This document shows positions 36,992 through 47,552 of a stretch of 64,000 bases of DNA, one piece after another. Below the pieces are notes generated by a model. It was given only the letters and a program-made list of their open reading frames with translations. It did no database searches and was not told the DNA's origin. Position 1 is the first letter of the stretch. Each line of letters opens with the position of its first letter. The position numbers were made by a program, and so were the translations under genes. The DNA comes from an uncultured Verrucomicrobiota bacterium (GTDB lineage Bacteria > Verrucomicrobiota > Verrucomicrobiia > Palsa-1439), in assembly GCA_964566575.1 (NCBI GenBank), contig CAZMKD010000024.1, forward strand, positions 14 to 64,013. Direction: 5' to 3'.

Positions 36992-38284
36992 ATGAATCCC
37001 GGCCACAATTACGACACCATCATTGTCGGTGGCGGACCCGGCGGTAGCACGGCTGGCGCATTCCTGGCGCAAGGCGGTCACAAGGTCCTCATCCTCGAAA
37101 AACTGAAATTCCACCGGTTTCGTATTGGCGAATCGCTGTTGCCATTCGGCAACGACGTGCTCAAGGCTTCCGGCGCCTGGCCGAAGATCGAGGCTGGCAA
37201 GTTCATTCCGAAAAACGGCGCGGAATTTTACGTCGCCAACGGCTCGCAGTCGCTCCGGTTTTGGTTCAAGAACTCTCTGACGCCGGCGCACGCGAGCACC
37301 TTTCAGGTCGAGCGCGCGAAGTTCGACGAAATCCTGCTGCGGCACGCCGCCGAGTGCGGGTGCGAGGTGCGCGAGTGCTGCGCCGCGAAGTCGGTTGCTG
37401 CCGACGAGGACGGCGTGATGGTGACGTTCGCCGACGCAGCCGGTCACGCGCACACGTTGCGGGCGCGTTGGCTGGTGGACGCGAGCGGGCGGGAGACATT
37501 TTTAGCGAAGGCGCTGCATCTGCCACGGGTCAGCTTGCCGGTGCCGAAACGTGTCGCGGTGTACGCGCATTACCGGGGCGTGTACCGCAACGAAGGTGAC
37601 GCTGCTGGGCACATCACCATCGTGCGGCTCGAGGATGGCTGGTTCTGGTTCATCCCGCTCGACGCGGAGAAGACATCGGTTGGCATGGTGCGTGCGCTCG
37701 ACGACTTCAAACGCGCCGGCAACGATGTCGAGCCGTGGCTCGAACAGACCATTGCATCGAGCGCCGAGTTGAGTCGCCGGATGACCGGCGCGACGCGCGC
37801 GAGCGACGTGTTTACGACCAGCGATTACACCTACCGGTATGACTCGCTCGCGACGGCGCGCACGTTGATGGTCGGCGACGCGGGCGGGTTCATTGACCCG
37901 ATTTTCTCGTCGGGCGTGTTCATCGCACTGAAATCGGCAGAGTTGGCGGCGCAGATGATCTTGCGGGCTGGTGACCGCGGACTCACGGCGACAGAGTGCC
38001 GTGGCTACAGCAAGAAGATCCATCGGATGATGGACATTTACTTCAAGCTCATTGTCGCGTTTTACGACAACGATGCGTTTGCAGTGTTCATGCATCCTAT
38101 TAACCGGTTCCAGATGATTCGCACGATTGCCTCGGTGCTGGCCGGTAACACCGAGCGCAACTTCGGCTTGTGGTGGCGGATGCAACTGTTCTACACAATC
38201 TGCCGGCTCCAGCACCGGCTCACGCTCGCGCCGCGCGTGGATTACTCCGAACACGCCGCGCCCGGTCAGCCGATTCACTTGTGA
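36992..38284 (+). CDS. Flavin-dependent halogenase / FAD-dependent oxidoreductase (halogenase 1)
   Basis: FAD motif 'DTIIVGGGPGGSTAGAFLA'; tryptophan-halogenase-type motif 'GWFWFIPL'. Confidence 0.7.
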   Translation: MNPGHNYDTIIVGGGPGGSTAGAFLAQGGHKVLILEKLKFHRFRIGESLLPFGNDVLKASGAWPKIEAGKFIPKNGAEFYVANGSQSLRFWFKNSLTPAHASTFQVERAKFDEILLRHAAECGCEVRECCAAKSVAADEDGVMVTFADAAGHAHTLRARWLVDASGRETFLAKALHLPRVSLPVPKRVAVYAHYRGVYRNEGDAAGHITIVRLEDGWFWFIPLDAEKTSVGMVRALDDFKRAGNDVEPWLEQTIASSAELSRRMTGATRASDVFTTSDYTYRYDSLATARTLMVGDAGGFIDPIFSSGVFIALKSAELAAQMILRAGDRGLTATECRGYSKKIHRMMDIYFKLIVAFYDNDAFAVFMHPINRFQMIRTIASVLAGNTERNFGLWWRMQLFYTICRLQHRLTLAPRVDYSEHAAPGQPIHL

Positions 38285-41200
38285 AAAAACCGTCCGTCTG
38301 GCCGACGCTCATCGCCGTGCCGCTCGTGCTCATCATAGGCGCGTGGGCGCTGGCGACGATCCGACTCCAGACCGAACTTCTGCCGTTGCTCCCGCAACAA
38401 CTCGACAGCGTCCGCGGGATGAGCCTGTTTCAAGCCGCGTTCACGTCGGCGCAGGACGTGACTGTGGTGTTCGAGTCACCGGCCAATGTCGAGGAACTCA
38501 ACCGGCAACTCCGCGCGCTTCCCGAAGTCGAGGCCACCACCACGCTCGGCGGCCGCCAACTCGAACCGATGGTCAAATCTCTCGCGTGGATAATCGCGAA
38601 CCTGCCGCCCGAGAAGTTTGCCGAGTTCCAGACACTGTTCGCGGCCGATCGGCTCGATGACCGGCTGCAATCGGCGCGCGACGAACTGGCCGGCGCGGTC
38701 AATTTCAGCGCCGCCGCGATGTTGCAGTTCGATCCGCTCGGTCTGTTGTCGTGGCTGCAGGAACACGCCGGGCTTCCGCCACAGGATGCGGCCGGCATTT
38801 CGGCGATCGTCGTGCACGCCCGGCACGAACTGCGGACGTTTGAGGATTGCCAGCGGTTTGTGGACGCGGTGCGCAGTGTGACCGGCACGACCGGTCTCAT
38901 CACCGGCCGCGCGGCGTTTGTCTCGGAGACCTCGAAGCAGATGCGGCGCGACATGTTTCTGATGGTCGGCGTGGCGACGGTGCTGGTGGCGCTGGCGTTC
39001 TGGCTGTTTTACCGGTCGCTCGGCGCGCTGCTCTGGATTCTCGCGCTGCAGGCGCTGGCGCTGTTGTGCGGCGTGGTGGCGGCGCGCCTGTTGTTCGGCG
39101 AACTCAATGTGTTGAGCATCGGGTTCGCCTCGATCCTGCTCGGCGTCGGGATGGATTACTGCATTCTCGTCTATCATTTCCACGCGACCGGCGCCGCCGA
39201 ACAGAACGGCCAGCATTGGCGGATGCTGCGCGGCGCGATCTGGCTCAGCGCGCTCACGACCGCCGCGTCGTTCGGCGTGCTGTATTTCGCGAGCTTCCCG
39301 GGCCTGCAACAACTGGCTGTGCTCATCGGGACCGGCCTGCTTGCCACGGCGTTTTTTGCGACCGTGACGGAGCCGCTCGTGTTGGGGCGGACAAAGCCGG
39401 TCGCGCCCAGCTGGCTCCTGACCAGCAGCGACGGGTTTGCGGCGTTCATCAGTCGATACCGGCGCGGCATTATGGTCATGTTGATTCTCAGTTTGGTTGT
39501 CACCGCCGGTCTTTTTCCCGTCCTGCGCCGGTACAAGTTCTACGACGCCGACTTGAAACGCCTCCGCCCCGCGGCCAGCGAGGCGTACCGGGGACTCGAC
39601 GTGTTGCTCAAGACGCAACAATCGCGTGAGATCTTCGAAGTCATCGTGCCCGGCCAGACGTGGGACGAGCTTCGCGCGAATGCCGCCGCAGCCGCAGCCG
39701 CTGCGGGTGCGCCAAAGCCGATGTTGGTGCCGCAGGACGATTTTCTGGAGCGCAACCGGACGAGCTGGCAGCCCGGCAAAATCGTGCTCGTGGCGTCAGC
39801 ATTGGAACGGGCCGGCTTCGACGAGAGTTGGGGACGCGCGACGACGTTGTTGCTCCAGGAACTCGACAAATGGCCGGCTGATGCCGAGGCAAAGTTGTTT
39901 GTCTCGAATGTCGTCAAGTTGCCGGGCGACGAGAAACTGGCGTTGCTGCGGTTGCCATCGTCGGCCAGCGCGTGGAACGCGGTGAAAACGGCCGTGCCGG
40001 CGGCGTTGCCGGCCAATTGGTCGCTGTTGACGTCCGATCTTGGGCTGAGTGCGCGTGCGGATTTCCGGAAATTGTCAGTCTGGATTTTGCTGGCGGTCGT
40101 CGGGTTGTGCTGGCTCGCGCACCGGTCGGTGCGGTTGGTGGCGTTGAACATGGTGGGACTGTTGATCTCGGTGCTCGGATTGTTGATGTTGCTGTTCGTG
40201 ACCCGGCAATCCATGACGCTGATGTCGTTGTTGTCGGTGCCGCTGCTGGTGGGGATGATTATCGACATCAGCCTGCATCTGGTGCTGGCGATGGAGGAAA
40301 ACAAGGGCGACATCCGCGGAACGTTCCGGCACATGGCGGGGCCGGTGTTGCTGACCGGGTTGACCTCGATGATCGGGTTTGGCGCGCCAATGGCGACGCA
40401 GCAGCCGGTCTTGCAGAATTTCGGGATGGTGATGGATCTTGGCATCTTCGCGGCGGTGGTGACCGGGTTGGTGTTGTTGCCGGTATTTCACTCGGCGGCG
40501 CATCTGCGGCCGCATTATTCGGCGACGTTGTACCGGGCGTTCTGGTTTGATTTGGCGGCAGCGTATGTCAGAATCGTTGGCGCATGCGCGGCGCGCGCCA
40601 CGGGCCGGTTTCTCGGTGGGCTTTACCGGGTCACGCATCCGCACCGTTGCCGGGTGGCGCGGGCGAACCTCGCGCTGACCGGGGCGAAGACGGACGCGCG
40701 AACGTTGTTTGCGAATTTCGGGCAGACGATGGCCGATTATTTTGTGCTCGGCAACCGGACAGGCGAGGCGGCGAGGCAGTTGATTGCCGAGCACGTCGGC
40801 GACAAGCCTTTGCGCGCCGTCGTGGCCGAGGGGCGCGGGGCGTTGCTGGTGACGGCGCATCTTGGGTTGTTCGAACTTGGCAGCCTGTTGATGCCGGAAA
40901 TCGGTCAGGGCGCGGTGATCGTAACGGCGCCCGAGCCGAGCGAGGAACTCGGCCGGTGGCGCGCGCAATTCCGGGCGCGCTGGGGCGCGGAGACATTTGA
41001 GGTGGCGACGGACAATTTCAGTTTCGTGGAGATTACGCGCCGGCTCGCGAAAGGCCAGTGCGTCGCTATGTTGATTGACCGGCCATACGGCGACAACGCC
41101 GTCCCGGTGGAGTTCCCGTGCGGCAAGGTGCCGTTCTCGACAGGCCCGGTGTGGCTCAGCCTGTTGTCGGGCGCGCCAATCGTGCCGGTCACGGTCACGG

Positions 41201-41382
41201 CACGGGCGGCGGGAGGTTACCGGGTCGAGGCGCACGCGCCAATCCGGCCACAGTGGTTGCCGGAAGGCCGCGACGAGACCGTGCGGCATTACACGCGGGA
41301 AGTGGGAGCGTTGTTTCGAAAGGTGATATGCGAGCATCCAGAGCAGTGGTATCAATTTGTGGACTTATCTGCGTCGCGCTGA
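38283..41382 (+). CDS. MMPL/RND-type exporter fused to a C-terminal LpxL/HtrB-type (lysophospholipid/lipid A) acyltransferase domain
   Basis: Two six-TM bundles with large loops (MMPL topology) over ~800 aa, followed by ~270 aa resembling the LPLAT_LABLAT family (…LLVTAHLGLFELGS…, …AMLIDRPYG…, …PVEFPCGKVPFSTGPVWLSLLSGAPIVPV…). Confidence 0.8.
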
Positions 41383-41984
41383 AGTCGGGCGCGGTCACGC
41401 CGCTCTCGGACGCCGAGCAGCAGCCCTATGTGGACGCGTTTGTGCGCATCCAGCAGCAAACACAGTCGTACCAAGCCGAGCTGCACCAGACGGTGCGGCT
41501 GCGCGGCTTGAAGAAGCCGGTCGAGAGCACGGGACGCATCCTGTACAGGGCGCCGGGCTCGCTGCGATTGGCGTTCACGAAGCCGGCGGGCGAGTACATG
41601 CTCATTACCGGCGACGACATCTACGTGAAGAAATCCAACCGACCGCTTTCGCATCGCAAGACCGACAGCCAGAATGCGCGTCCCGACCAGAATGCCCGGC
41701 TGCTGCTGTTGTTGTTTCAGGGCCGTGTACACGATTGGTTGGAGTTTTTCACGGCGACCGTGGCGCGCGAGGACGACGACCTCATCGTCACCCTGCGCTC
41801 GAAGCAGGCGGACGTCAAAGTGGAAATCGAGAACATCGTCGCCTTGCCCTCGTACGATATCCGGTCGATCCAGATCCGATTCGACAAGGACAACTCGCTA
41901 ACCTACGAGTTCTTCAACCCGGTCCGCAACGCGCCGGTCGCCGACAACCTTTTCGAAATCTCCGAGTTCGACCGAAAACTATGA
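41328..41984 (+). CDS. LolA-like outer-membrane lipoprotein carrier family protein
   Basis: Signal peptide, ~200 aa; position (after the exporter/acyltransferase) and composition match the LolA-like genes of aryl-polyene clusters; start overlaps the upstream gene. Confidence 0.55.
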   Translation: MRASRAVVSICGLICVALKSGAVTPLSDAEQQPYVDAFVRIQQQTQSYQAELHQTVRLRGLKKPVESTGRILYRAPGSLRLAFTKPAGEYMLITGDDIYVKKSNRPLSHRKTDSQNARPDQNARLLLLLFQGRVHDWLEFFTATVAREDDDLIVTLRSKQADVKVEIENIVALPSYDIRSIQIRFDKDNSLTYEFFNPVRNAPVADNLFEISEFDRKL

Positions 41985-42367
41985 GCCTCACCCCGCACGG
42001 TCCCGGCTTCTCGTTTCTCGACGCGCTCGACGTGCTCGAACCCGGCCAGCGCGCCCGCGGCCGCAAGTGGCTCGACCCGGCCAGTCCGTATTTCGCTGAC
42101 CACTTCCCCGGCAACCCGATCATGCCGGGCGTGTTGCTCATCGAATGCGCCGCGCAAACTGCCGGCGCGCTCTGGCAGCAGCCACAAGCTTTCCTCGCGA
42201 GCGTCCAGCAATTCAAGTTGGCGAAGCCAGTCTTGCCGGGGCAAACGGTCGAGATTGACGTCGCGCTTGAAAAAGATTTTGATGCGCTGGCGCAGTTTGA
42301 GGTTATGCTGACGGTTGCCGGCGCGACTGTGGCGCACGGCAAAATCACCATGAGCCGAAACGTATGA
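41981..42367 (+). CDS. FabA/FabZ-like 3-hydroxyacyl-ACP dehydratase (hot-dog fold)
   Basis: 'FSFLDALDVLEPG…YFADHFPGNPIMPGVLLIE' is the FabZ catalytic-His motif; ATGA overlap with lolA-like. Confidence 0.75.
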   Translation: MSLTPHGPGFSFLDALDVLEPGQRARGRKWLDPASPYFADHFPGNPIMPGVLLIECAAQTAGALWQQPQAFLASVQQFKLAKPVLPGQTVEIDVALEKDFDALAQFEVMLTVAGATVAHGKITMSRNV

Positions 42368-43875
42368 CGGACGAATCCTACGATGTCGCAATTATCGGCG
42401 GTTCGCTGGCCGGCGCGGCGACGGCGACGTTGCTGCTGCACGAGCATCCGAAGCTGCGCGTGCTCATCCTCGAACGCTCGACGAAATTCACACGGCGCGT
42501 CGGCGAAGCCACGGTCGAAGTGTCCACCTACTTTCTCAGCCGCGTCCTCGGGCTGACGCAGCATCTCAACGAATCGCACCTCGTGAAACAAGGGATGCGG
42601 TTCTGGTTTGCCGGCGAGCAGACGGCCTCGCTGGCGGATTGCAGCGAGATTGGCGGTCGGTACATGGCGCGTGTGCCAGCGTATCAAATCGACCGGGCCG
42701 TGCTCGACGAGGAAGTGTTGCGCCGAGTCGTGGCGCTCGGCGCGGAATTGTGGCGGCCAGCCACGGCCAAGCGTGTGAAGTTGGCGTCGGGCGGCGAGCA
42801 GGAGATTACGCTCGACGACAACCGGACAATCCGGGCGCGCTGGGTCGTGGATGCGTCCGGCGTGGCGGCGTTGTTGGCTCGGCAGGAAGGGTGGTGGCGC
42901 GCCAACGAGGAGCATCCGACGTCTGCGGCTTGGGCGCGGTGGCGCGGGGTGAAGGATTGGGACGGGCTGGAGCTCGCGCAGAAGTTTCCAATGTGGGCGA
43001 AGGAATGCTACGGCGTGCGCGGGACGGCGACGAATCATCTGACCGGGCATGGTTGGTGGGCGTGGTTGATTCCGTTGAAGGGCGGCGACGTGAGCGTCGG
43101 CGTGGTGTTCGACCAGCGATTGGTGAAGTGGCCGCAAGACGGGGCGCTCGGGCAACGGTTGAAGGATTTTCTGATGCAACACCCGGTCGGCCGCGAGTTG
43201 ATGGCCGACGCGCAGCCGGTCGAGGGCGATGTGCTCTGGCGCAAGAACCTGCCGTATTATTCGACGACGTTTGCCGGCGACGGCTTCGTGTTGGTGGGCG
43301 ATGCCGGGGCGTTTCTCGATCCGCTCTACAGTCCCGGCATGGATTGGGTGGCGTTCACGAGCGTCTGCGCCAGCCGGTTGATCCTCGGAGAGATGACGGC
43401 AGCACAGTTCAATTGCGATTTTACCGTCAGTTACCGGCGCTGGTTCGAGGCGCTCTACAAGGACAAATACGACTACATCGGCGAGTATGACCTGATGCGC
43501 GCGGCGTTTCTGATGGATCTCGGGTTGTACTATCTCGGTGTGGTATCGCAGCCCTACTCGCTCGGCGTGAAGGCGTTCACGGTGCCGGTATTCACCACGC
43601 CGGTGGCGACGCCGTTTTTCCGGCTGATGCGCCTGTACAATCGCCGCCTTGCAGCCATCGCCCGCGCGCGCCGCGCGCGTGGAGTTTCGCGCCGTCAGAA
43701 CGAACACCGGCGGTTCATGTTTGGCGGTTACACGTTTGCGTCGCGCAGCGGGTGGCACATCGTCAAGGCGCAGGGGTACTGGGGTTGGCTGGAATTGACG
43801 GAGGGCTGGCGCAGTTGGTTTGAACCGCGCACGGTTGCCTTGCCGGCCGTGAAAGCGCTGACCACAGGAGATTGA
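42364..43875 (+). CDS. Flavin-dependent halogenase (halogenase 2)
   Basis: FAD motif 'DVAIIGGSLAGAATA'; halogenase 'GWWAWLIPL' motif. Confidence 0.7.
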   Translation: MTDESYDVAIIGGSLAGAATATLLLHEHPKLRVLILERSTKFTRRVGEATVEVSTYFLSRVLGLTQHLNESHLVKQGMRFWFAGEQTASLADCSEIGGRYMARVPAYQIDRAVLDEEVLRRVVALGAELWRPATAKRVKLASGGEQEITLDDNRTIRARWVVDASGVAALLARQEGWWRANEEHPTSAAWARWRGVKDWDGLELAQKFPMWAKECYGVRGTATNHLTGHGWWAWLIPLKGGDVSVGVVFDQRLVKWPQDGALGQRLKDFLMQHPVGRELMADAQPVEGDVLWRKNLPYYSTTFAGDGFVLVGDAGAFLDPLYSPGMDWVAFTSVCASRLILGEMTAAQFNCDFTVSYRRWFEALYKDKYDYIGEYDLMRAAFLMDLGLYYLGVVSQPYSLGVKAFTVPVFTTPVATPFFRLMRLYNRRLAAIARARRARGVSRRQNEHRRFMFGGYTFASRSGWHIVKAQGYWGWLELTEGWRSWFEPRTVALPAVKALTTGD

Positions 43876-44606
43876 CTGTGCAACCGCACCCGACACTGGA
43901 ATCTCACTACCGGTCGCTCGAGGCCAAGCCCCAGTTTCTTCGCGGCATCTTCGACCGCACCGCGCCGCACTATGAGGCGATCAACCGGTGGGGATTCTTC
44001 GGCAGCGGCGACTGGTATCGCCGGCAAGCCCTGCTGCGCGCCGGCCTCACACCGGGAATGCGCGTGCTCGATGTCGCAGCCGGCACGGGGCCAACGGCGC
44101 GCGCGGCGGCCGGCATCGTCGGCGATGCCGGCCACATTGTGTGCCTCGACGCGAGTCTCGGCATGTTGCGGGTTTCGCAGCAAGCACTCGGCGCGCGTCA
44201 CGTCCAAGGCGTGGCGGACCGGCTGCCGGTGCGCAGCGGCAGTTTCGATTTCCTCACGATGGGCTTCGCGCTCCGGCATGTTGAGAATCTGGAGAACGCG
44301 TTCCGCGAATACCGCCGCGCGCTCCGGCCGGGCGGCAAGGCGTTGATCCTCGACACGATCAAACCGCGCAGCCGCGCCGCGCAGGTTTTCGCCAAAGTCT
44401 ATTTCCACGACGTGCTGCCGTGGTGTGCCCGGCTGATCACCGGCAACGCCGAGACGAGCACACTTGTGAAATACTACTGGGATTCGATGAGCCAGATGTT
44501 GCCGCCTGAGCGCGTGTGCGACGCGATGCGCGCCGCTGGATTTCAGGACGTGGCCGGGCGCGTGTTGATGGGCATCTTCAGCGAGTTCGAAGGCGTGAAC
44601 CGCTGA
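43872..44606 (+). CDS. Class I SAM-dependent methyltransferase (UbiE/COQ5-like)
   Basis: SAM motif 'VLDVAAGTGPTA'; TTG/GTG start overlapping the upstream stop. Confidence 0.8.
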   Translation: MTVQPHPTLESHYRSLEAKPQFLRGIFDRTAPHYEAINRWGFFGSGDWYRRQALLRAGLTPGMRVLDVAAGTGPTARAAAGIVGDAGHIVCLDASLGMLRVSQQALGARHVQGVADRLPVRSGSFDFLTMGFALRHVENLENAFREYRRALRPGGKALILDTIKPRSRAAQVFAKVYFHDVLPWCARLITGNAETSTLVKYYWDSMSQMLPPERVCDAMRAAGFQDVAGRVLMGIFSEFEGVNR

Positions 44607-46141
44607 CGTGCCGCCAGTTGTTTCTCAACCCTCCCGCGCAGGTAACCCCGGTAATCGCGGAACTGCTCGATCAGTATGCTGACCACGAAAAACTCGCGCA
44701 TCAGTCTCGGGTCGTGCCGGCGCACCGCGCCGACATGCCGCCAGAAACGCCAGCGCGTGGCCGGTCGCACCCCTAGCCGCCAGCACACCTTGAGAAACGT
44801 CCGCAGCGCTTCCCCGCGTTGACGCAACATTACTGGCCGCCGTCGCACACATTCGACGCGTGGCGGCGGCAACATCTGGAAATACCGGACTGTCCGGTCG
44901 AGAAACCGCGCCGGCTCGTACAAGTCCCACACCAGCTCGATGTATTCCCGGGCAATCTCCTCGACCGGCCGGGTCGGCACGAAGTTCATTACCGTGTCCG
45001 GGTTCAGTCGCGCGTCTTCGCCGAGCAACCGGCCCTCGCGTTCGAGCCGCTCCCACAACGGCGTGCGCGGCAACGCCTGCAACAACGACACCAGCGCGGT
45101 CGGGATCGCCGCGCGCTCGATCGTCTCCGCAATCCGACGTCCCGCGCCCGGCGCCTCGCCGTCGAATCCGAGAATGAACGAACCCATCACCCGGATGCCG
45201 GCCCGCGTGATTTTCCCGACTGCTTCCTCGACTGGCGTGAGCGTGTTCTGGAGTTTGTGCGCCGACTTCAGGCTGGCGACGTCCGGCGTCTCGATGCCAA
45301 CGAACACGCTGGTGAAATTGCACTCGGCCATCAAGTCGAGCATCTCCGGCTCGTGCGCGAGATTGAGCGACGCCTCGGTCTGAAATGCAAACGGATGACC
45401 GCGCTCGCGCTGCCACTCCTTCAACGCGCGCAACAACGGCAGTGTCTGGGCCCGGTTGGCGGTGAAGTTGTCGTCCACAATGAACACGTCGCGATCCCAG
45501 CCGAGGTCGTAGAGCCGCGACAACTCTGCCAACACCTGCGCCGGTACCTTCGCGCGCGCCCGGCGACCGTAGATCGCAGTCACGTCACAAAACTCGCATT
45601 GAAACGGGCAGCCGCGCGAAAACTGCACCGACATCGTCTCGTAATCGCCGAACTCGAGCAGATCGAACCGCGGCACCGGCGAAGTCGTCATGTTCGCGAA
45701 CTGACCGGGCACGCTGAACCGGCCACTCGTCTGACCGGCCCGCAACGCGTCGACAAACACCGGGATCGTGAGTTCCCCCTCGCCGAGCACGAGATAATCC
45801 GCGCCGGCCGCCGCGACATCCTCCGGCAACGTTGTCACGAATGGCCCGCCCACCGCGACCTTCTTGCCGCGCGTCTTCGCTTCGCGTATCACCGCGAAGA
45901 AATCCTCGCGCTGCGCGGTCATCGCCGACACCAGCACTAGCTCGGCCCAATCCCAATCCGACTCGGTGACCGACCGCGCGTTGCGATCCACAAGCCGGTA
46001 TTCCCAGTCCTGCGGCAGCAACGCCGCAACGGTCGTCAGGTTGAGCGGTGGCAACAGCACTTTGCGGCCGAGAATTTCGAGCACGCGCTGAAACGACCAC
46101 ATCGCCGGCGGGAATTCGGGCAGCACAAGCAGCGCGCGCAT
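44543..46141 (-). CDS. B12-binding radical SAM protein
   Basis: N-terminal B12-binding region, 'SRGCPFQCEFCDV' CxxxCxxC cluster; starts at 'MRALLVLPEF'. Confidence 0.8.
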   Translation of the reverse strand: MRALLVLPEFPPAMWSFQRVLEILGRKVLLPPLNLTTVAALLPQDWEYRLVDRNARSVTESDWDWAELVLVSAMTAQREDFFAVIREAKTRGKKVAVGGPFVTTLPEDVAAAGADYLVLGEGELTIPVFVDALRAGQTSGRFSVPGQFANMTTSPVPRFDLLEFGDYETMSVQFSRGCPFQCEFCDVTAIYGRRARAKVPAQVLAELSRLYDLGWDRDVFIVDDNFTANRAQTLPLLRALKEWQRERGHPFAFQTEASLNLAHEPEMLDLMAECNFTSVFVGIETPDVASLKSAHKLQNTLTPVEEAVGKITRAGIRVMGSFILGFDGEAPGAGRRIAETIERAAIPTALVSLLQALPRTPLWERLEREGRLLGEDARLNPDTVMNFVPTRPVEEIAREYIELVWDLYEPARFLDRTVRYFQMLPPPRVECVRRRPVMLRQRGEALRTFLKVCWRLGVRPATRWRFWRHVGAVRRHDPRLMREFFVVSILIEQFRDYRGYLRGRVEKQLAARQRFTPSNSLKMPINTRPATS

Positions 46142-46292
46142 GGCACGCCGAGGATACGTTTGGACACACGGCAGCGTCAAGCGCGTCATCGGCGGCGCGG
46201 AACAGATTTTTCCGATTGACACCTCGCCGGTGATTGGCAAGGATGCCGGTATCTTCGGGTCGCACTGAAGTTAGTACAAGGGTTGGCGGTAG

Positions 46293-46916
46293 TTGAACGA
46301 CGTACTGAAGTCAGCAAGCGAGAACATGCGACACGAAGAACATGACCCTGCTCGACCGGACCTTCAGCCGGTTGCTATAGCTTTTTGCTCGAATCACCCT
46401 CCGGTATCACACTCGCGACGGTATGTAGCTAACTGTCCGTCGCCCGCAGTCCAACATCGAGTGCTGTTGATAGCCGCACTGGTGGTTATCTGTCTCGGCG
46501 ATGTTACGGAAGCGGCAGCCCCAAGGACCGAGAAGGAAAAACTGAAGGCGCTAAATGCAGCCCGGTTTTTTAAGTACACTGGCGAACAACGCACTTGGCC
46601 CACGGTCGATACGGCGGCGATTCGTATCCTGCCAAGTACCGACCGTGTTTCAATTTACCAAAGTCTGCCGGCGAAGCCCTATGAAATCATCGGGGTGATC
46701 GAAGTCGCTCGCCGAGACTCATCCGTTAGACGTGCTCTTGAGGCGGCGCAAGCTGGCGGTGCGGACGCCATTGTTGTCTGTCCACACGAGGCATTCACCG
46801 CCGCCGGGATTAAGCCGCCGCTCGAACTGGTGATCAAAGGCAAGGATCCCAGAGCTGTCGTGTCGTTGGTCGGCCTCTTGATACGCTGGAAGTCAGATGT
46901 AGCCCCCGTGCCGTGA
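46293..46916 (+). CDS. Hypothetical protein
   Basis: ORF with an internal hydrophobic segment 'VLLIAALVVICLG'; start uncertain. Confidence 0.35.
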   Translation: MNDVLKSASENMRHEEHDPARPDLQPVAIAFCSNHPPVSHSRRYVANCPSPAVQHRVLLIAALVVICLGDVTEAAAPRTEKEKLKALNAARFFKYTGEQRTWPTVDTAAIRILPSTDRVSIYQSLPAKPYEIIGVIEVARRDSSVRRALEAAQAGGADAIVVCPHEAFTAAGIKPPLELVIKGKDPRAVVSLVGLLIRWKSDVAPVP

Positions 46917-47003
46917 AAACCATTCGGAATCGGATCTCGCTCCCGTTGGCTTGCAGTTGTCGAACGCAGTCAAACCAAACATAACCGATAAGGAGAAGCG
47001 ACT

Positions 47004-47477
47004 ATGAAACCAGAGAAACACCTGCTGCTAGGCGTGGTCATTGGCCTGTTGGTCCTCGGCGCAATCGGCTGCGCGTCGGTTCCCAAGACTTCAGCCGCGC
47101 TCGATGCTGAGGCGAAGAAGTTTGTCCCCGAACCGGGTAAAGGGAGTATTTACGTCAGGCGCGGCGGTGGCGTGGGGGCCGCGGTTCTGATGCCAGTGTT
47201 ACTCGATGGTCGGATCGTTGGAAACTTGGCGCCGGACACATTTCTACTGTTGATTGTGCCGCCCGGCGGACACGTTGTCGGCACATCGCTGGCTTATGCA
47301 GAAGCGGCCGGGCAACAGAAAATCAATATCGAAGCTGGGAATAACTATTTTTTCAAGGTCAGCATCCGGATGGGTATGTGGGCCGGGAAAGCACACCTTG
47401 AACAATTGACCGAGGAAGAGGGGCGCGAGAAGGTTCTCAAGTCGAAACGCGCCGAATCTATGGTTTACGAGTTCTAA
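47004..47477 (+). CDS. Small lipoprotein (DUF2846-like)
   Basis: Lipobox 'LGAIGCAS'; ~157 aa. Confidence 0.55.
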   Translation: MKPEKHLLLGVVIGLLVLGAIGCASVPKTSAALDAEAKKFVPEPGKGSIYVRRGGGVGAAVLMPVLLDGRIVGNLAPDTFLLLIVPPGGHVVGTSLAYAEAAGQQKINIEAGNNYFFKVSIRMGMWAGKAHLEQLTEEEGREKVLKSKRAESMVYEF

Positions 47478-47552
47478 ACCACCGGGCAGATTCGCTCCGC
47501 GTGTTGGCATCGGCGGCGTTGCCTTCCCGGTAATTCCCGGTATCATCGGGTC

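Noticed and set aside
40075-41355. 426-aa minus-strand ORF antisense to the MMPL-acyltransferase gene
   Set aside because: Arg/His/Gln-rich low-complexity translation typical of GC-rich antisense frames; the sense strand encodes a coherent transporter
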